From positions 11,902,352-11,966,351 of the forward strand of contig NC_092678.1 in assembly GCF_964355755.1 (NCBI RefSeq): 64,000 nucleotides of DNA, given 5' to 3'. The notes beneath the pieces were generated by a model that did not search any database, was not told where the DNA came from, and saw only the letters and a program-made list of their open reading frames with translations. Of this stretch, positions 63,529-64,000 are shown one piece after another; within the stretch, counting starts at the first letter, position 1, and the number at the start of each line of letters is the position of its first letter. The stretch is from Antedon mediterranea (Eukaryota; Animalia; Echinodermata). A program made the translations under genes and the position numbers.

Positions 63529-64000
63529 TATGAAAAGGTAACAGAGTTCATTGACCAATACGTTTCTTGTAGAATTCCATCATTAGATGAAGATAAGGAA
63601 CTTCATGAAATTGTTTCTGGTGTTCAAACACATTGTAAACGACATTCAAAGTCATGTAAGAAAAAAGGTACAACATGTAGATTTAATTTTCCCAAACCAC
63701 CATCTGAACGAACATTTGTTATACAACGTAAAATCCCTGATGATGATAACAATGATACTGATATAAATGATACCGATGGAAATTAAAATGCTGAGAATGA
63801 TGCTATAAAATCAGCCAAAGATTTATTAAACAGTGTAAAAAGTGCACTTATTGGAGAGACAAGCTATGATGACACGAAACAATTATTTGAATATTTGAAT
63901 ATCACACATATAACAAAGATGTTTTTGCATGGAATAAACAAATGTTGCACAAACAATGCACAGATATAATATGTATTGAAGCAGAAGATACAGCAATGAA

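Larger units (their letters stand above)
60145..64000 (+). mobile_element. disrupted Helentron (herpes-type USP-like + OTU + Rep), continues off window
   Basis: GSYHQGD..F...GKQC; OTU GDGNCFY..NHFEA; Rep [39 protein letters not shown]...CRFNFP. Confidence 0.85.

Overview
This is AT-rich eukaryotic (invertebrate metazoan; echinoderm-like is inference only) genomic DNA, not prokaryotic. The left two thirds (483-43840, minus strand) hold the 5' part of a large stabilin (STAB1/STAB2/FEEL-like) scavenger-receptor gene. I traced 37 GT-AG exons by hand with consistent phases (4546 nt, about 1515 aa: EGF/laminin-EGF clusters plus four FAS1 domains); the gene runs off the left edge. Its introns contain minisatellites, MITEs and non-autonomous DNA transposons (Harbinger-, Sola2-, Kolobok-like), a Helitron with an internal 1.94 kb tandem duplication, and a decayed Helentron with STPR-like repeats. 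The right third (44.4-64 kb) is a nest of transposon remains: hAT MITE, Gypsy pol with a solo LTR inserted, a DIRS/Ngaro tyrosine-recombinase element with an upstream SGNH hydrolase, SINE and LINE fragments, and a Helentron carrying two different deubiquitinase-like domains plus a piggyBac transposase fragment. No CRISPR, rRNA or true tRNA genes were seen. All family assignments come from motif recognition without database searches, and coordinates were counted by hand.
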